Source: Hypanus sabinus | Taxonomy: Eukaryota | Assembly (NCBI RefSeq): GCF_030144855.1 | Contig: NC_082709.1 | Location: 127,534,001 to 127,598,000 of the forward strand | Length of the DNA: 64,000 nucleotides | Reading direction: 5' to 3' | Translations under genes and position numbers: made by a program | Notes under the pieces: generated by a model | What the model was told of the DNA's origin: nothing | Databases searched by the model: none | What the model saw: the letters and a program-made list of their open reading frames with translations, nothing else | Shown here: positions 52,001-64,000 of the stretch, piece after piece | Layout of the letters: every line of letters begins with the position of its first letter | Numbering within the stretch: the first letter of the stretch is position 1

Positions 52001-53440
52001 CTTCCAAGTTCCTGCCTGATAGCTTCATATTTCTCCTTACTCCAATTAAACACTTTCATAACTTGTCTGTTCCCATCCCTCTCCAATGCTGAGGTAAAGC
52101 AGATAGAATTGTGATCACTATCTCCAAAATGCTCTCCCACTGAGAGACATGAAACCTGAGCAGGTTAATTTCCCAATATCAGATCAAGTACAGCCTCTCC
52201 TGTTGTAGGCTTATCTACATATTGTGTCAGGAAACCTTCCTGAACACACCTTACAAACCCCACCCATCTAAACCCCTTGTTCCAGGGAGATGCAATCAAT
52301 AGTTGGAAAATTAAAATCTCCCACCATGACAACCCTGTTATTATTACACCTTTCCAGAATCTGTCTCCCTATTGGTTCCTCTATGTCCCTGAAGAGTTAT
52401 TAACCCTTCATGTTTCTAACTTCCACCCACAGAGACTCAGTAGACAATCCTTCCATGACTTCCTCCTTTTCTGCTGCCGTGACACTATTGCTGATCAGCA
52501 GTGCCATGCCCCACCATTTTTGCCTCCCTTCCTGTCCTCTCTGAAACATCTAATGCCTGGCACTGTAAGTAATCATTCCTGCCCCTGAGCCATCCAAGTC
52601 TCTGTAATGACCACAACATCATAGCACCAAGTACTGATCTACGCTCTAAACTCATCCACTTTGTTCATGATGCTTCTTCCATTAAAATAGACGCATCTAA
52701 ATCTTCAGTCTGAGCACATCCGTTCTCTATCACCTGCTCATTCTTCCTCTCACACTGTTTCCAAGCTTTCTCTATTTGTGAGCCAACAGCCCCTTAACTC
52801 CAACTCTTCAGTTCAGTTCCCACCCCCCAGCATTTCTAGTTTAAACTCTCCCCAATAGCCTTAGCAAACCTCCCTGCCAGGATGTTGGTCCCCCTCAGAT
52901 TTAAGTGCAACCCGTCCTTTTTGTACAGGTCACACCTGCCCCAAAAGATGCCCCAATAATCCAGAAATCTGAATCCCTACCCCCTGCTGCAAACGCTCGG
53001 CTGCGCATTTATCCTCCACCTCACTCTATTCCTACACTCACTGACGCGTGGCACAGATGGTCATCCTGAGATTACTACCTTTGAGATACTGATTCTCAAC
53101 TTCCTTCCTAACTCCCTGTGGTCTGTTTTCAGGACCTCCTCCCTTTTTCTACCCATGACGTTGGTACCAATATGTACCACGACCTCTGGTTCAAAATATC
53201 GTGGACGCAATCACAAACATCCCGGACCCTGGGACCTGGGAGGCAAACTACCAACTGTGTTTCTCCTTTCCTGCGTCCGCAGAATATCCTGTCAGACTCC
53301 CTATCACTGCTGCCTTCCTCCTTTTCCTACCCTTCTGAGCCACAGGGCAAGAATCTGTGCCAGAGACACGGACACTGTTGCTTCCCCCACTGGTGGCTGT
53401 TCTCTCCAACTGTACTCAAACTGGAGTACTTATTGTTTAC
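49005..53440 (-). mobile_element. Long CR1 LINE (ORF1 part, endonuclease, RT, 3' UTR) interrupted by a solo LTR
   Basis: [49 protein letters not shown] motifs; 3' tail catagaaacatagaa. Confidence 0.93.
49246..50145. mobile_element. Solo LTR (900 bp, probably Gypsy class)
   Basis: Termini TGTTAC...GTAACA; 4-bp TSD ATAC/GTAC; removing it restores the CR1 sequence ctcctctRtacctacttc. Confidence 0.85.
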
Positions 53441-53447
53441 ATATACC

Positions 53448-54440
53448 TCAGAATCAGAATCGGGTTTATTGTCATGTGAAATTTGTTAACTGAGCAGTAG
53501 CAGTTCAATGCAATACATAATCTAGCAGAGAGAGAGAGAAAATAAAATAAAATAAAACTGTAGCGGTGTGCTACATGCAGTGCTGCAATAACGACACGGA
53601 GTCAGTGAGCTGCAGTTACAAAAAGAGGTTTATTCAAACTTTGCGGCCTCACTTTAAAGCCTTCCTGATCCTGCCCTCCCCGGGCGGGAATGCTGTAGGG
53701 GGTGCGTATTCACAGTTTTGTCCTGCGCGCGGGCTTTTCCCCTTGCTGGTGAAGCAGGCTTGGCGCCCTCTTTGGGACCTGCCTCAATGCTGGCGCGTGC
53801 CGCTTTGTGAGCTGGTTCGAGTGCGCTGGGAAGTGGGTCGCCACAAAACAATAATAAACAAGTAAATCAAATACGTATATTGAATAGATTTTGTTAAATG
53901 TGCAGAAGCAGAAATACTGTATATTAAAAAATGTGATTCAATGATTCAATTCAATTCAAGGATTCAATGTCCGTTTAGGAATTGGAAGGCGGGGAAAGAA
54001 GCTGTTCCTGAATCGCGGAGTGTGTGCCTTCAGGCTTCTGTATCTCCTGCCTGATGGTAACAGTGAGAAAAGAGCACACTGCCTTTCTGAGACATTGCTT
54101 CCTAAAGATGTCCTGGGTACTTTGTAGGCTAGTGCCCAAGATGAAGCTGACTAGATTTACGACTTCTTTCGGTCTTTCGGTCCTGTGCAGTAGCCCCTCC
54201 ATGCCTGACAGTGATGAAGCCTGTCAGAATGAGTGTATTTATTAACATGCCAAATCTCTTCAAACTCGTAATAAAGTATAGGTGCTATCTTGCCTTCTTT
54301 ATGACTACATCGATACGTTGGGACCAGGTTAGATCCACAGAGATCTTGACATCCAGGAACTTGAAGCTGCTCACTCTCTCCACTTCTGATCCGTCTATGA
54401 GGATTGGTATGTGTTCCTTCATCTTACCCTTCCTGAAGTA
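53448..54440 (-). mobile_element. Rex/Babar 3' remnant
   Basis: EHIPILIDGSEVERVSSFKFL motif; tail tcagaatcagaatc. Confidence 0.85.
53559..53845 (-). mobile_element. Short CpG-rich solo LTR (287 bp)
   Basis: Termini TGTAGCG...CGCCACA; exact 4-bp TSD AAAC; minus strand has TTTAAA followed by AATAAA. Confidence 0.8.
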
Positions 54441-55223
54441 CCCTCCCTCACCTTTATGTAATCGCTCATATCTCAAACCTGTATTGGGAATATGCATGAA
54501 ACCAACCCTGATATAATTGGAGGCAAGACGTAAATAATCATGATGTTGGAATTCTATGGATTATTGCCACAATTCTGAGTGCTTACTCCTTTTGTTAGTT
54601 ATTGCAATTGCCAGCCCTCCAATATGAGCCAAGAAATAATTGCTGAAGAATATTTTTGTTCACCTGAAGGATTTTGCATAAAGCACACCAATGGATTCGA
54701 TCAATAGATATTCCCCATGCAATGCTGTACATTTGGAAGATCTTTCAGAAACTAAGAGAAAGGACAAATTGCTGGAAGAGAAAGTAAAAGGCAGCACTCA
54801 GCAGAAGACATGAGTTTGTGGCTGGAATGTTCAAGGAGCAATCAGCATACCAAATTCTCAACAAAGTACAACTTATAAAATTTATGCCACCTTCTGCAGA
54901 CATAAAAGCAACATGAGTACAGGGGAAGAATTCTTACAAACTTGAATTAGAGATATTTGTTACATTTTCCAGATAGCTGTACTCTGTGTGTGTGGGAGAG
55001 AGAGCTCACCAAATCGCTCTCTGCAAACAAAGCTAAATCCATTTTGTCTCCTAAGTCAGGGATCTGAAGTTGGAGAGAGCACATGGCTTTGCTTATATTG
55101 TGGGAGAACCAGTGACATCTCATGAACTGTATGCACCACATGTCCCTTCCAAAACAATTATACTTCTATATATACATTTATAAAACTATGTATACATGTG
55201 CATGTATATAGTAAGGTCAAATC

Positions 55224-55710
55224 ACAAACAAGAGAAAATCTGCAGATATTGGAAATCCAAGCAACACAGACAGAATGCTGGAGGAACTCAGCAGGTTAGG
55301 CAACATCTATGGAAGAGAGTACAGTTGACGTTTCAAGCCGAGACCCTTCATCAGGACTTGAAAAAAAGATAAGGAGTCAGAGTAAGAAAGTGGGAAGTGG
55401 GGGGAGGAAGAACCAGAAGGTGATAGATGAAACTGAGAGGGGTGGAGTGGTGAAATGAAGAGCTGGGAAGTTGATTGGTGAAAGAGATGCAGGACTGAAA
55501 GAGGGGGAAATCTGGTAGGAGAGGACAGAAGGATGTGGAAGAAAGAAAAGGGGGAGAAGCACCAGAGGGAGGTGATAGGCTGGCAAGGAAATAAGGTGAG
55601 AGAGAAAACTGTTGAAGGGGTGGGGGCATTACTGGGAATCGATGTTCATGCAATCAGGTTGGAGCCTACCCTGATGGAATATAAGGTTTTGTTCCTCCAA
55701 CCTGAGTGTG
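55224..55710 (-). mobile_element. Penelope-like element 3' end (GIY-YIG C-terminus plus terminal repeat)
   Basis: Minus strand encodes TLRLEEQNLIFHQGRLQPDCMNID, matching the typical PLE endonuclease tail (LEEQHLIFRLGSLQPDGMNI), followed by the terminal repeat. Confidence 0.85.
55323..55358 (-). ncRNA. Minimal type I hammerhead ribozyme motif (partly decayed)
   Basis: AGTC-CTGATGA-AGGGTCTCGGCTT-GAAA-CG-TC-AACT: intact CUGAUGA, GAAA and GUC core; weakened stems I and II; palindromic ACGT in place of stem III. Confidence 0.7.
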
Positions 55711-56531
55711 GGAGACTCTGAAGTCATCTGGAAGAAGGTTCTATGGTTTGATGAAACCACAATTGATCTTTTTGGCCATCAGACTAAATGCTATTTTTAA
55801 CATAAGCCAAACACCACACATCATCAAAAACACACCATTCATATCGTGAAGCATGGGTGGTGATTGTGTCATGTTGTGGGGATGCTTCTTTGCAGCTGGC
55901 ACTGGAAGGCAGAGGGTAAAATTAATGCAGTAAAATGCAAGGAATTCCTGGATAAAAACCTGAAGCCATCTGCAAGAAAACTGCGACTTGGGAGAAGATT
56001 TGTTTTCCAACAGGACAATGAATCCAAGCAGAAAGCCAAAGCAACGCAGGAATGGCTTAAAAATAACCAAGTTACTGTCCTGGACTAGCTAAGTCAGAGT
56101 CCAGACCTCAATCCAATTGAGAATTTGTGGCTAGACTTGAAAAGAGCTGTTCACTCATGATCCCCATGGAATCTGACAGAGGTTGAGAAGTTTTGTAAAA
56201 AAGAATGGGGAAAAACTGCAGGGTCTAGATGTGCTAAACTGATAGAGAGCTATCCACACAGACTCAAGACTGCAATAGCTGCCAAAGGTACATCTACGAA
56301 ATACAGACTTGAAGGAGGTGAATACTTATGCAATCAATTATTTTGTGTTTTATATTTGTAATTAACTTAGATCACTTTGTAGAGATATGCTTTCACTTTG
56401 GCATGAGAGATTTTTTTTTCCGTTGTTAGTGTAAAAAAAGCCAAATTAAATCCACTGTGATTCAATGTTGTAAAACAATAAAACATGCAAACTGCTGGGG
56501 GGGGGGATGTGAATATCTTTTATAGGCACTG
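55708..56531 (+). mobile_element. Tc1 (DD34E) DNA transposon, 3' half, pseudogenised
   Basis: WKKVLWFDET, VKHG, FVFQQDN, SPDLNPIENLW with 34 codons between the second D and E; right end ...ggcactg followed by TA. Confidence 0.92.
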
Positions 56532-56534
56532 TAT

Positions 56535-57500
56535 GTCACCATATACGATCCTGGGATTCATTGTTTTGCATGCATTCTCAATGAATCCATAGAATAATAA
56601 CCATAACAGAATCAATGGAAGACCGCACCAACTTGAACATTCAACTAGTGTGCAAAAGACAACAACTGTGCAAATACAAAAATAACAATTATAAATAAAT
56701 AATCAATAAATATTGATAGCATGAGATGAAGAGTCCATTAGAATCCATAGCTTGTAGGAATATTTCAGTGATGGGGCAAGTTAAGCTAAGTGGTTATCCC
56801 TTTTGGTTCAAGAGTTTGATGGTTGAGGGGCAATAACTGTAACTGAGCTTGGTGGTGTGAGTTCTGAGGCTCCTGTACCTTCTCCCTGATGACAACAGTG
56901 AAAAATGAGCATGTGTTGGGGGTCTGATGATGGGTGCTGCTCTCCTGCAACTTAAATATGGCATTGGAGCTGTGCTTAGCCACACATCATGAGTGTAAAT
57001 TGAATAGAGCACGAGGCAAAGCACACAACCTTGTGGTGCACCTGTGCTTATGGAGATCATGGAGGATATGTTGTTGGCAATCTGAACTGACTGGGTCTGC
57101 AAGTGAGGAACTTGAGGATCCATTTGCACAAGGAGTTATTGAGGTTAAGGTCTTGGTGCTTATTGATTAGTTTTAAGGGAATGATGATATTGAATGCTGA
57201 GCTGTATTTGATAAAGAGCATCCTGTTGTATAGATCTTTGCTGTCCAGATGTTCCAGGGTTGAGTGAAGAGCCTTTGAGATCGTATTTACTGTGGATGTG
57301 TTGCCCCAGTTGGCAAATTCGAGCAGATCCAAGTTGTTTCCCAGGCTAGAGTTGACATGTTTCATCATCATCCTCTCAAAACACTTCATAATGTGCCTGG
57401 GCCAGATAGCTTTCATAGGCTCACTATTCTGAAGGCTGTTTGCACAACAGTGTTAAAGACTGATCATCAGGGACTGTGGGAGTTCATGGTAGTTCCTCCA
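56535..57500 (-). mobile_element. Rex/Babar remnant
   Basis: [34 protein letters not shown] motifs. Confidence 0.85.
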
Positions 57501-57504
57501 TGTT

Positions 57505-58345
57505 TTCAATGGTTCAATTTAAAATCAGAGAATGTATACAGTATACAACCTGAAATTCTTACTCTTCACAAACAAAACAGAAAAACCCTAAAGAATGAGT
57601 GACAAAACCATTAGAACCCTAAAGCCCCCTCCCCTTCCTCTACCCATCACCCCATTAGCTCCGGCAAGAGCACCAACCCTCACCACCCCACCATGCAAAC
57701 AATAGCAAACCCCTCCTTAGAGCACATGTTCGAGTCCTTCAAAAATCTACTGCCCATCCCAACACTTCAACATCTCAAACAGGCTCCCTCTCTTACTAGT
57801 GAGGGAGAGAGATATTGCTCCTGCAACAAACGAGACGGGAGAACAGTAGTTCACTGTTTCAGTGTTATAATCTGCCATGTCGTTTGTCTTCAAGCTTCCA
57901 GACTTGAGAACTGTCAGACTCTCACTCACCATCAAAAGAGAAAGAGAGAGAAGGGAGGGAATAACTTGAGTTTAAGGGCCTTCTTCCAGTAGCAACACAC
58001 GCCGCTGGAACAGGTCACCAACAGGGCCGCACCCCGAAGGCACACATTTTCCAGGACGCCCTCAGAGATATCAAAATGTCAGACTGCAAGGCGAGTGCTA
58101 GAACAAAAACCCACCATCCATGGAGAACTGTAGTTTGAGCTGCGGCTGTACGTCGCAGACTCTGACAGGACCCCAGCCACCTTGAAAAGAAAAGACTGAC
58201 ATAAGAAAAGAAGAAGAAGAAGCTGTTTCATGGATGAAATGGAAGAAATCACTTGGATCTGCAAAAACCGCTTGCACCATCTTTTCTAGCATTTTTACGG
58301 TCAAAGCGACCATAGAAGGCATTGAGCTCATCTGGAAGTGAAGCC
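57505..58345 (-). mobile_element. Largely non-coding non-LTR-like element preceded by a Rex ORF fragment
   Basis: Minus strand: ASLPDELNAFYGRFD, then AAGATGGTGC, ~750 nt with no RT, and a Rex-like 3' end (caggttgtatactgtatacattctctgattttaaattgaac). Confidence 0.55.
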
Positions 58346-58439
58346 CTACTGGCTCCTATGTCACTTGATTTAACTTCATAAGAGATGATAGTACTCAATC
58401 TTGGAGTTCAAGGTTGGAGGAACATGAGTCTGACAAAAC

Positions 58440-60520
58440 CGCCACATCAGATCACCAGCAAGAGTACAGCACAGAAACAGGCCCATTGACCCATGACATC
58501 TGGCCTGACTATGATGCCAATTTAAACTATTCCTATCTGACTGCACATGATCCATATCTCCATGCCTTGCCCATATCTGTGCAGCTCTTAATGATTCTTA
58601 AACTTAGTTATCATATCTGCTTCCACGACTATCCCTGGCAGTATACTCTAAGCAACTACTACACTTACTGTAAAATAAACCTTTGCTTAAACTTATGTAC
58701 TGCATAGGTTTGAGGGAATAAAATTGTGATTATCTATCCCATCTATGCTTCTTATAATTTTATATGTTTTTATCTGGTTACTCATCAGTCTCCCATACTC
58801 CAAAGAAAACAGTCTAAATTTGTCCAAAGTCTCATCATAGCTAATACTCTCAAACCCTGGTGAATCGCTTCTGTACCTTCTCCAAAGCCTCCATGGCCTT
58901 CCTATTATATCACAACCAGAACAGCACTTTGCACTCCATATGAGATCTAACTAGGTGCTTCACTTTAGGCTAATTAAGAAAATTGAGATATGTGAGATCC
59001 ATGGATGTTTGGGCTTCTATTGCCTGTTATATATATGAATGATTTGGATGAAAATACAGGTGAGCTGATTAGCAAGTTTGCAGGCAACAGTCTGAGATCA
59101 ACTATATAGGGTACTGGTGAGGCCGCACCTGGAATACTGTGTGCAGTTCTGGTCTACATACTTGAGGAAAGATATACTGGCTTTGGAGGCAGTGCAGAGG
59201 AGGTTCACCAGGTTGATTCCAGGGATGAAGGGTTAACCTATGAGGAGAGATTGAGTCGCCTGGGACTATACTCTCTGGAGCTCAGAAGAATGAGAGGGGA
59301 TCTTATAGAAGCATACAAAATTTTGAAAGGGATAGATAAGATAGAAGTAGGAAAGTTGTTTCCATTGGTAAGTGGGACTAGAACTAGGGGACAGTGTCTC
59401 AAGATTCAGGGGAGAAGATTTAGGATGGAGATGAGGAGAAACTGTTTTTCCCAGAGAGTGGTGAATCTGTGGAACTCTCTGCCCAGGGAAGGAGTTGAGG
59501 CTTCCTCACTAAATGTATTTAAGAAACAGTTAGATAGGTTTCTGCATAGTAATAGAATTGAGGGTTATGGGGAAAAGGCAGGTAGATGGAGCTGAGTTTA
59601 CAGACAGATCAGCCATGATCTTATTGAATGGCAGGGCAGGCTCAATGGGCCAGATGGCCTACTCCTCCTCCTATTTCTTATGTTCTTAACTAAAATTTTA
59701 TATGGCTGCAACATGATTTCCCAGTTTTTATACTCAATACCCCTACCAAGTATGTCTTATGCTTTCTTTACTACCCTTTTTACACATGTTGTCACTTTCA
59801 TTTTCAGTCATCTGATCTATGTCCTGTTGTATCCTTTGGCAAGCTTCTTCCTTAGCTCCAGGTCTGCCATTTCTTTTGTTGCCTGCAAACTTGCTAATCA
59901 GCCCACCCATATTTTCATCCAAATCATTCATATATATAACAGGCAATAGAAGTCCAAACATCCATGTCTCTCACATACCTTAATTTTCTTGATCAGCCTA
60001 CAATGAAGCACCTTGTTGAATGCATTACTGAAGGTCATGTGAACAATATCCACTGCACTACCCTCAATTATCTTTGTCATCCCCTCAAAAAACTCAACAG
60101 AAAATGATATCTCTGCTTTTTCAGATGTTAGTAGAGCCTATCCCTAGGAATCTTATCCAGCTATTTCCCTACCACTAATGTAAGGCTCTCCAACCTATAA
60201 TTTCCTGGTTATCCCTAATGCCCTTCCTAAACAGATGAACAACAGTAATTCCTCTTCAATTCTCTGGTACTTTGTCTGTGACCAAAGAGAAAACAGAAGT
60301 CCTTGTCAAGGCCCCAAGCAATTTCCTGTCTTCCCTCTCACAGCGTTTGATGATAGGTCGTATCCAACCCTGAGGACTTATTCACCTTAATGATCTTCAA
60401 AGGATCTAGCACTTCATCCTTCTTTATGTATTGACATACCTGAGAATATTTGCAAACTCTTCTCTGATCTTATTATCTTCAATATCTTTCTCCTAGGCAA
60501 ATACCAAAGTGAAGTACTCT
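58440..60520 (-). mobile_element. Old CR1 remnant interrupted by the 58954-59686 insertion
   Basis: IYMNDLDENMGGLISKFAG motif; flanks rejoin at TAACTA. Confidence 0.75.
59090..59686 (+). mobile_element. Young 5'-truncated CR1 3' fragment
   Basis: [44 protein letters not shown]; tail ctatttcttatgttct. Confidence 0.92.
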
Positions 60521-61464
60521 TGAGAGTGATTTCATTTCTTATGGTAGTCTACACAGATGCTGTATAAAATTACTGTTGTGATAGGATATTTTATTTGTCA
60601 GGAGCTAAACAGTGAACAGATGGGTGAAGGGAGATAAAGATGAGAGATGGTGACATTGAAATGATGGCCAAAAAACAAAAGTAAAAACCATTACAAAGTA
60701 AGAATTCCAAACAATATTTATGAATGAAATTATTCCCTACAGTACACTGTCAATTAATCTCCTTTAATGTGAGGAATAAAAGAACTACAGATGTTGAAAA
60801 TATGAAATAAAGATCTGATCGGGCAGTATATGTGTAAAAAGAAACAAAGTTAATCCTTCAGCTTGAAGATCCATCATCAAACACTTTATCAATCCTCTGA
60901 CTGCCTTGTTGAAGGACAGATTGCTCATCTGCTTTGACATCCTGCAGACCTATTGTCAGTTTAATCCATAGCCATGATGACAAAAGTGCACTGCATCACT
61001 CAGACATTGGATGACTTCTGCTTGTATTTCAGTATCAGCCATCAGATACTTCATTGTGCCTGCAAATGGAGAAAGCTGCAAATTCCATAAAAGAGAATAA
61101 AACTCCAAACTGTGTACAAAGACCTTTTCCAAATTGTCAATACTCTTCAACATTGAACACGAGTGTCTGTGCAGGTTTCTAGTGCATCATCCTTTTTTTC
61201 TACACTCTTCCAATCAATGTCTTTATTTCTTTGCTGCAACAGAATTCATATGTGAGCTCTTGCCTCTTAGTGTTCTTACCTATTTCCTCGTGAATGTGGG
61301 ATGCTCATGTCTGGTTCTTCACTATCTTTCATGTATAGAATCTGTCATTAGTGCTATACTCAGTTGAGGAAAGGATAATGATTGATCACCAAAGGCATCC
61401 TTTTGCACCATCTTTTTGACCATGTACCTGGAGACTTTTAATTCTGCTGTTTTGCCTCATCGCC

Positions 61465-63270
61465 TTTCACCCTAAACCCATGACCTCTAGTTCTAGTCTC
61501 ACCCAACCTCTGAGGAAAATGCCTGCATGTATTTACCCTTTTTATACCCTTCATAATTTTGTATAGCTCTATAAGATCTCCCCTCATTCTCTTATGCTCC
61601 AGGGGGATAAAGGCTTAACTTATTCAACCTTTCTATATAACTCAGGACCTCAATTCCTAGCAACATCCTTCTAATTTTTCTCTTTCAAGCTGATTGATAT
61701 CCTTCCTGTAAACAGGTGACCAGAACTGCACACAGTACTCCAGATTCAGCCTCAACAATGACTTATGCAACTATCGCCCAGCAGCACTCACATCGATAGT
61801 GATGGAATCCTTTGAGGAGTTGGTCATGACTAGACTGAATTCCTGCCTCAGCAAGGACCTGAACCCATTGCAATTTGCCTATCGCCACAAAAGGTCAATG
61901 GCAGACGCAATCTCAATGGCCCTCCACACAACTTTAGACCACCTGGACAACGCAAACACCTACATCATGACACTGTTCATCAAATATAGCTCAGCATTTA
62001 ATACCATCGGTCCTCCAATCCTGTTTGAGAAGTTGCAGAACCTGGGCCTCTGTACCTCCCTCTGCAATTGGAACCTTGAGTTCCTAACTGGAAGACCACA
62101 ATCTGTGTGGATTGGTGATACCATATCCTCCTTGCTGACGATCAACACTGGCGCACCTCAGGAATGTGTGTTTAGCCCACTCTCTATATACATATGACTG
62201 CGGCTAGGCATAGCTGAAATACCATCTATAGATTTGCTGATGATACAACCATTGTTGGTAGAATCTAAGGTGGTGATGAAAGAGTGTACAGGAGTGAGAT
62301 ATGCCAACTAGTGGAGTGGGGCTGCAGCAACAACCTGGCACTCAACGTCAGTAAGATGAAAGAGCTGATTGTGGACTTCAGGGAGGGTAAGAAAAAGGAA
62401 CACATACCAATCCTCACAGAGGGATCAGAAGTGGAGAGAGTGAACAGCTTCAAGTTCCTGGGTGTAAGATCTCTGAGGATCTAACCTGATCCCAACATAT
62501 CAATGTAGTTATAAAAAAGACAAGACAGCAGCAATACGTTATTAGGAGTTTAATGAGATTTGGGATGTCAACAAGTACACTCAAAAACTTCTATAGTTGT
62601 ACCATGGAGAGCATTCTGACAGGCTGCATCACTGTCTGATATGGAGGGGCTACGGCACAGGAGCGAAAGAAGCTGCAGAAGGTTGTAAATCTAGTCAGTT
62701 CCTTCTAGAGTACTAGCCTACAAAGTACCCAGGACATCTTTAGGGAGTGGTGTCTCAGAAAGGCAGCGTCCATTATTAAGGACCTCCAGCACCCAGGGCA
62801 TGCCCTTTTCTCACTGTTACCATCAGGTATGAGGTACAGAAGCCTGAAGGCACACACTCAGTGATTCAGGAACAGCTTTTTCCCTTATGCCATCCGATTC
62901 CTAAATGGACATTGAACCCTTGGACAGCACCTCACTTTTTTCATACACAGTATTTCTGTTTTTTGTACAATTTTTTAATCTATTCAATATATGTATACTG
63001 TAATTGATTTACTTATTCAAAAATTCAGAAATTATTGATCAATGTTCCCAGATCCTTTTTTTCTGCTGCACACTACAGTGTTCTACCATTCACCGTGTAA
63101 TTCCTACCCTGTCCTGCCAAAGTCCAATACCTCACACCTGAAATTCATGAAATTCCATCACTCATTTTTCATTCCATTTTTCCAGCTAATCCAGATCATG
63201 CTGTAAGCTTCAATAGCCTTCCTTGCTGTTCACTAATCCCCCAGTTTTGGTGTCATCCACAATTTTGCTG
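61465..63270 (-). mobile_element. CR1 remnant split by a Rex insertion (pieces 61465-61770 and ~63035-63270)
   Basis: gtgaccagaactgcacacagtactc (reverse of [10 protein letters not shown]) on the left; tggtgtcatcc (reverse of DDT) on the right. Confidence 0.65.
61767..63017 (+). mobile_element. Rex/Babar remnant
   Basis: NYRPAALTS, LNPLQFAYRH, SSAFNTI, TGAPQECV, FADDTTIVG, SFKFLGV motifs, with stops. Confidence 0.9.
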
Positions 63271-64000
63271 TGGAGATGGTGGAAAATAACTTTAGAATGC
63301 TAAAAGCTTATCAAATGCTAAAAATGTTCAAAGAAACAAGGTGTGCAATAAAAACAGAAAATGCTCAGGAAGTCAGGTAACATCTGTGGAAAAGAAGCAG
63401 TTTTGGGTCTATGATCGTTCAGAAATGCTCTATAGTGAGAAAGAACTTAATTCTTTAGAAACACAGCTTTCCATTAGACATTAAAGGCTGCCAATTGTTC
63501 ATGATATTACAGTAGTCTCAACCAACAGCATTGTTTGCATTGGATGAAAGTTGATATGTTTATCATATATGGGCAGTTTGAAATTGTCTGCTACTTGCAT
63601 TGCAATCAGTGGGCTGGAATTAATTATAATGCCTTGGCCTCAATGGAGATCAAATTTAGCCTGCTTTCTCTCTTTCCATATTGTATCCATATGGCTGTGC
63701 TTATCCCAAAGATGAGCCATTCTTTATCCCAAAATTGAGTCAGCTGAAAGAAAGATGAATTAAATTCATTTTTAGCATTTGTCATATTTTGTTCAAAACA
63801 TTATTGAAATATCGTTTGTCTCCAAGATGAAGACCATTTACCCAAATGACCTTACTCAATTCCACAGTCCACAGGATGATACTGCAAATTCATCCTTTCC
63901 CAGCTCTAAACTCCTTTTTCTCATTTCTTTATAATTTCCTCTATGTTTCTTATCTTCCCTTCAAAACAAAAATCAATAACCCTTTCACTCCAGTGAACTA

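Noticed and set aside
60880-61430. Possible processed pseudogene or RTE fragment
   Set aside because: No consistent reading frame or diagnostic motif on either strand that I could support.
1-64000. CRISPR array, operon or prokaryote-type defence system
   Set aside because: The sequence is vertebrate intronic DNA with no regularly spaced repeat-spacer array or gene cluster.

Overview
Eukaryotic, repeat-dense genomic DNA. The repeat repertoire (CR1, Rex/Babar, HE1/V-SINE, Penelope, BEL, Gypsy, Tc1) points to a cartilaginous fish, most likely a ray (inference). The only host-gene content I can support is four consecutive + strand coding exons (8212-8323, 10685-10789, 17152-17308, 21492-21587). 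They splice in frame into a peptide matching the C-terminal part of CFAP47, and the rest of the window appears to be intron (more than 42 kb with no further exon found). The introns hold two TSD-bounded BEL/Pao elements (young 37478-42019 +, old 13078-15877 -), a Gypsy element (26781-31515 -) in a three-layer nest, two solo LTRs, many decayed CR1 and Rex/Babar LINEs, SINEs, a Tc1 remnant and Penelope remnants. Almost all ORF-track entries are TE fragments or chance ORFs. Most notable: (i) minimal hammerhead-ribozyme motifs in the Penelope remnants; (ii) all three two-LTR elements keep gag/protease sequence but lack RT; (iii) a non-TGG primer-binding position shared by both BEL elements; (iv) a locally templated inverted duplication at the 5' end of a CR1 insertion. 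I see no evidence for a new multi-gene system. TE family names come from motif recognition, not database searches, and boundaries without a TSD are approximate.
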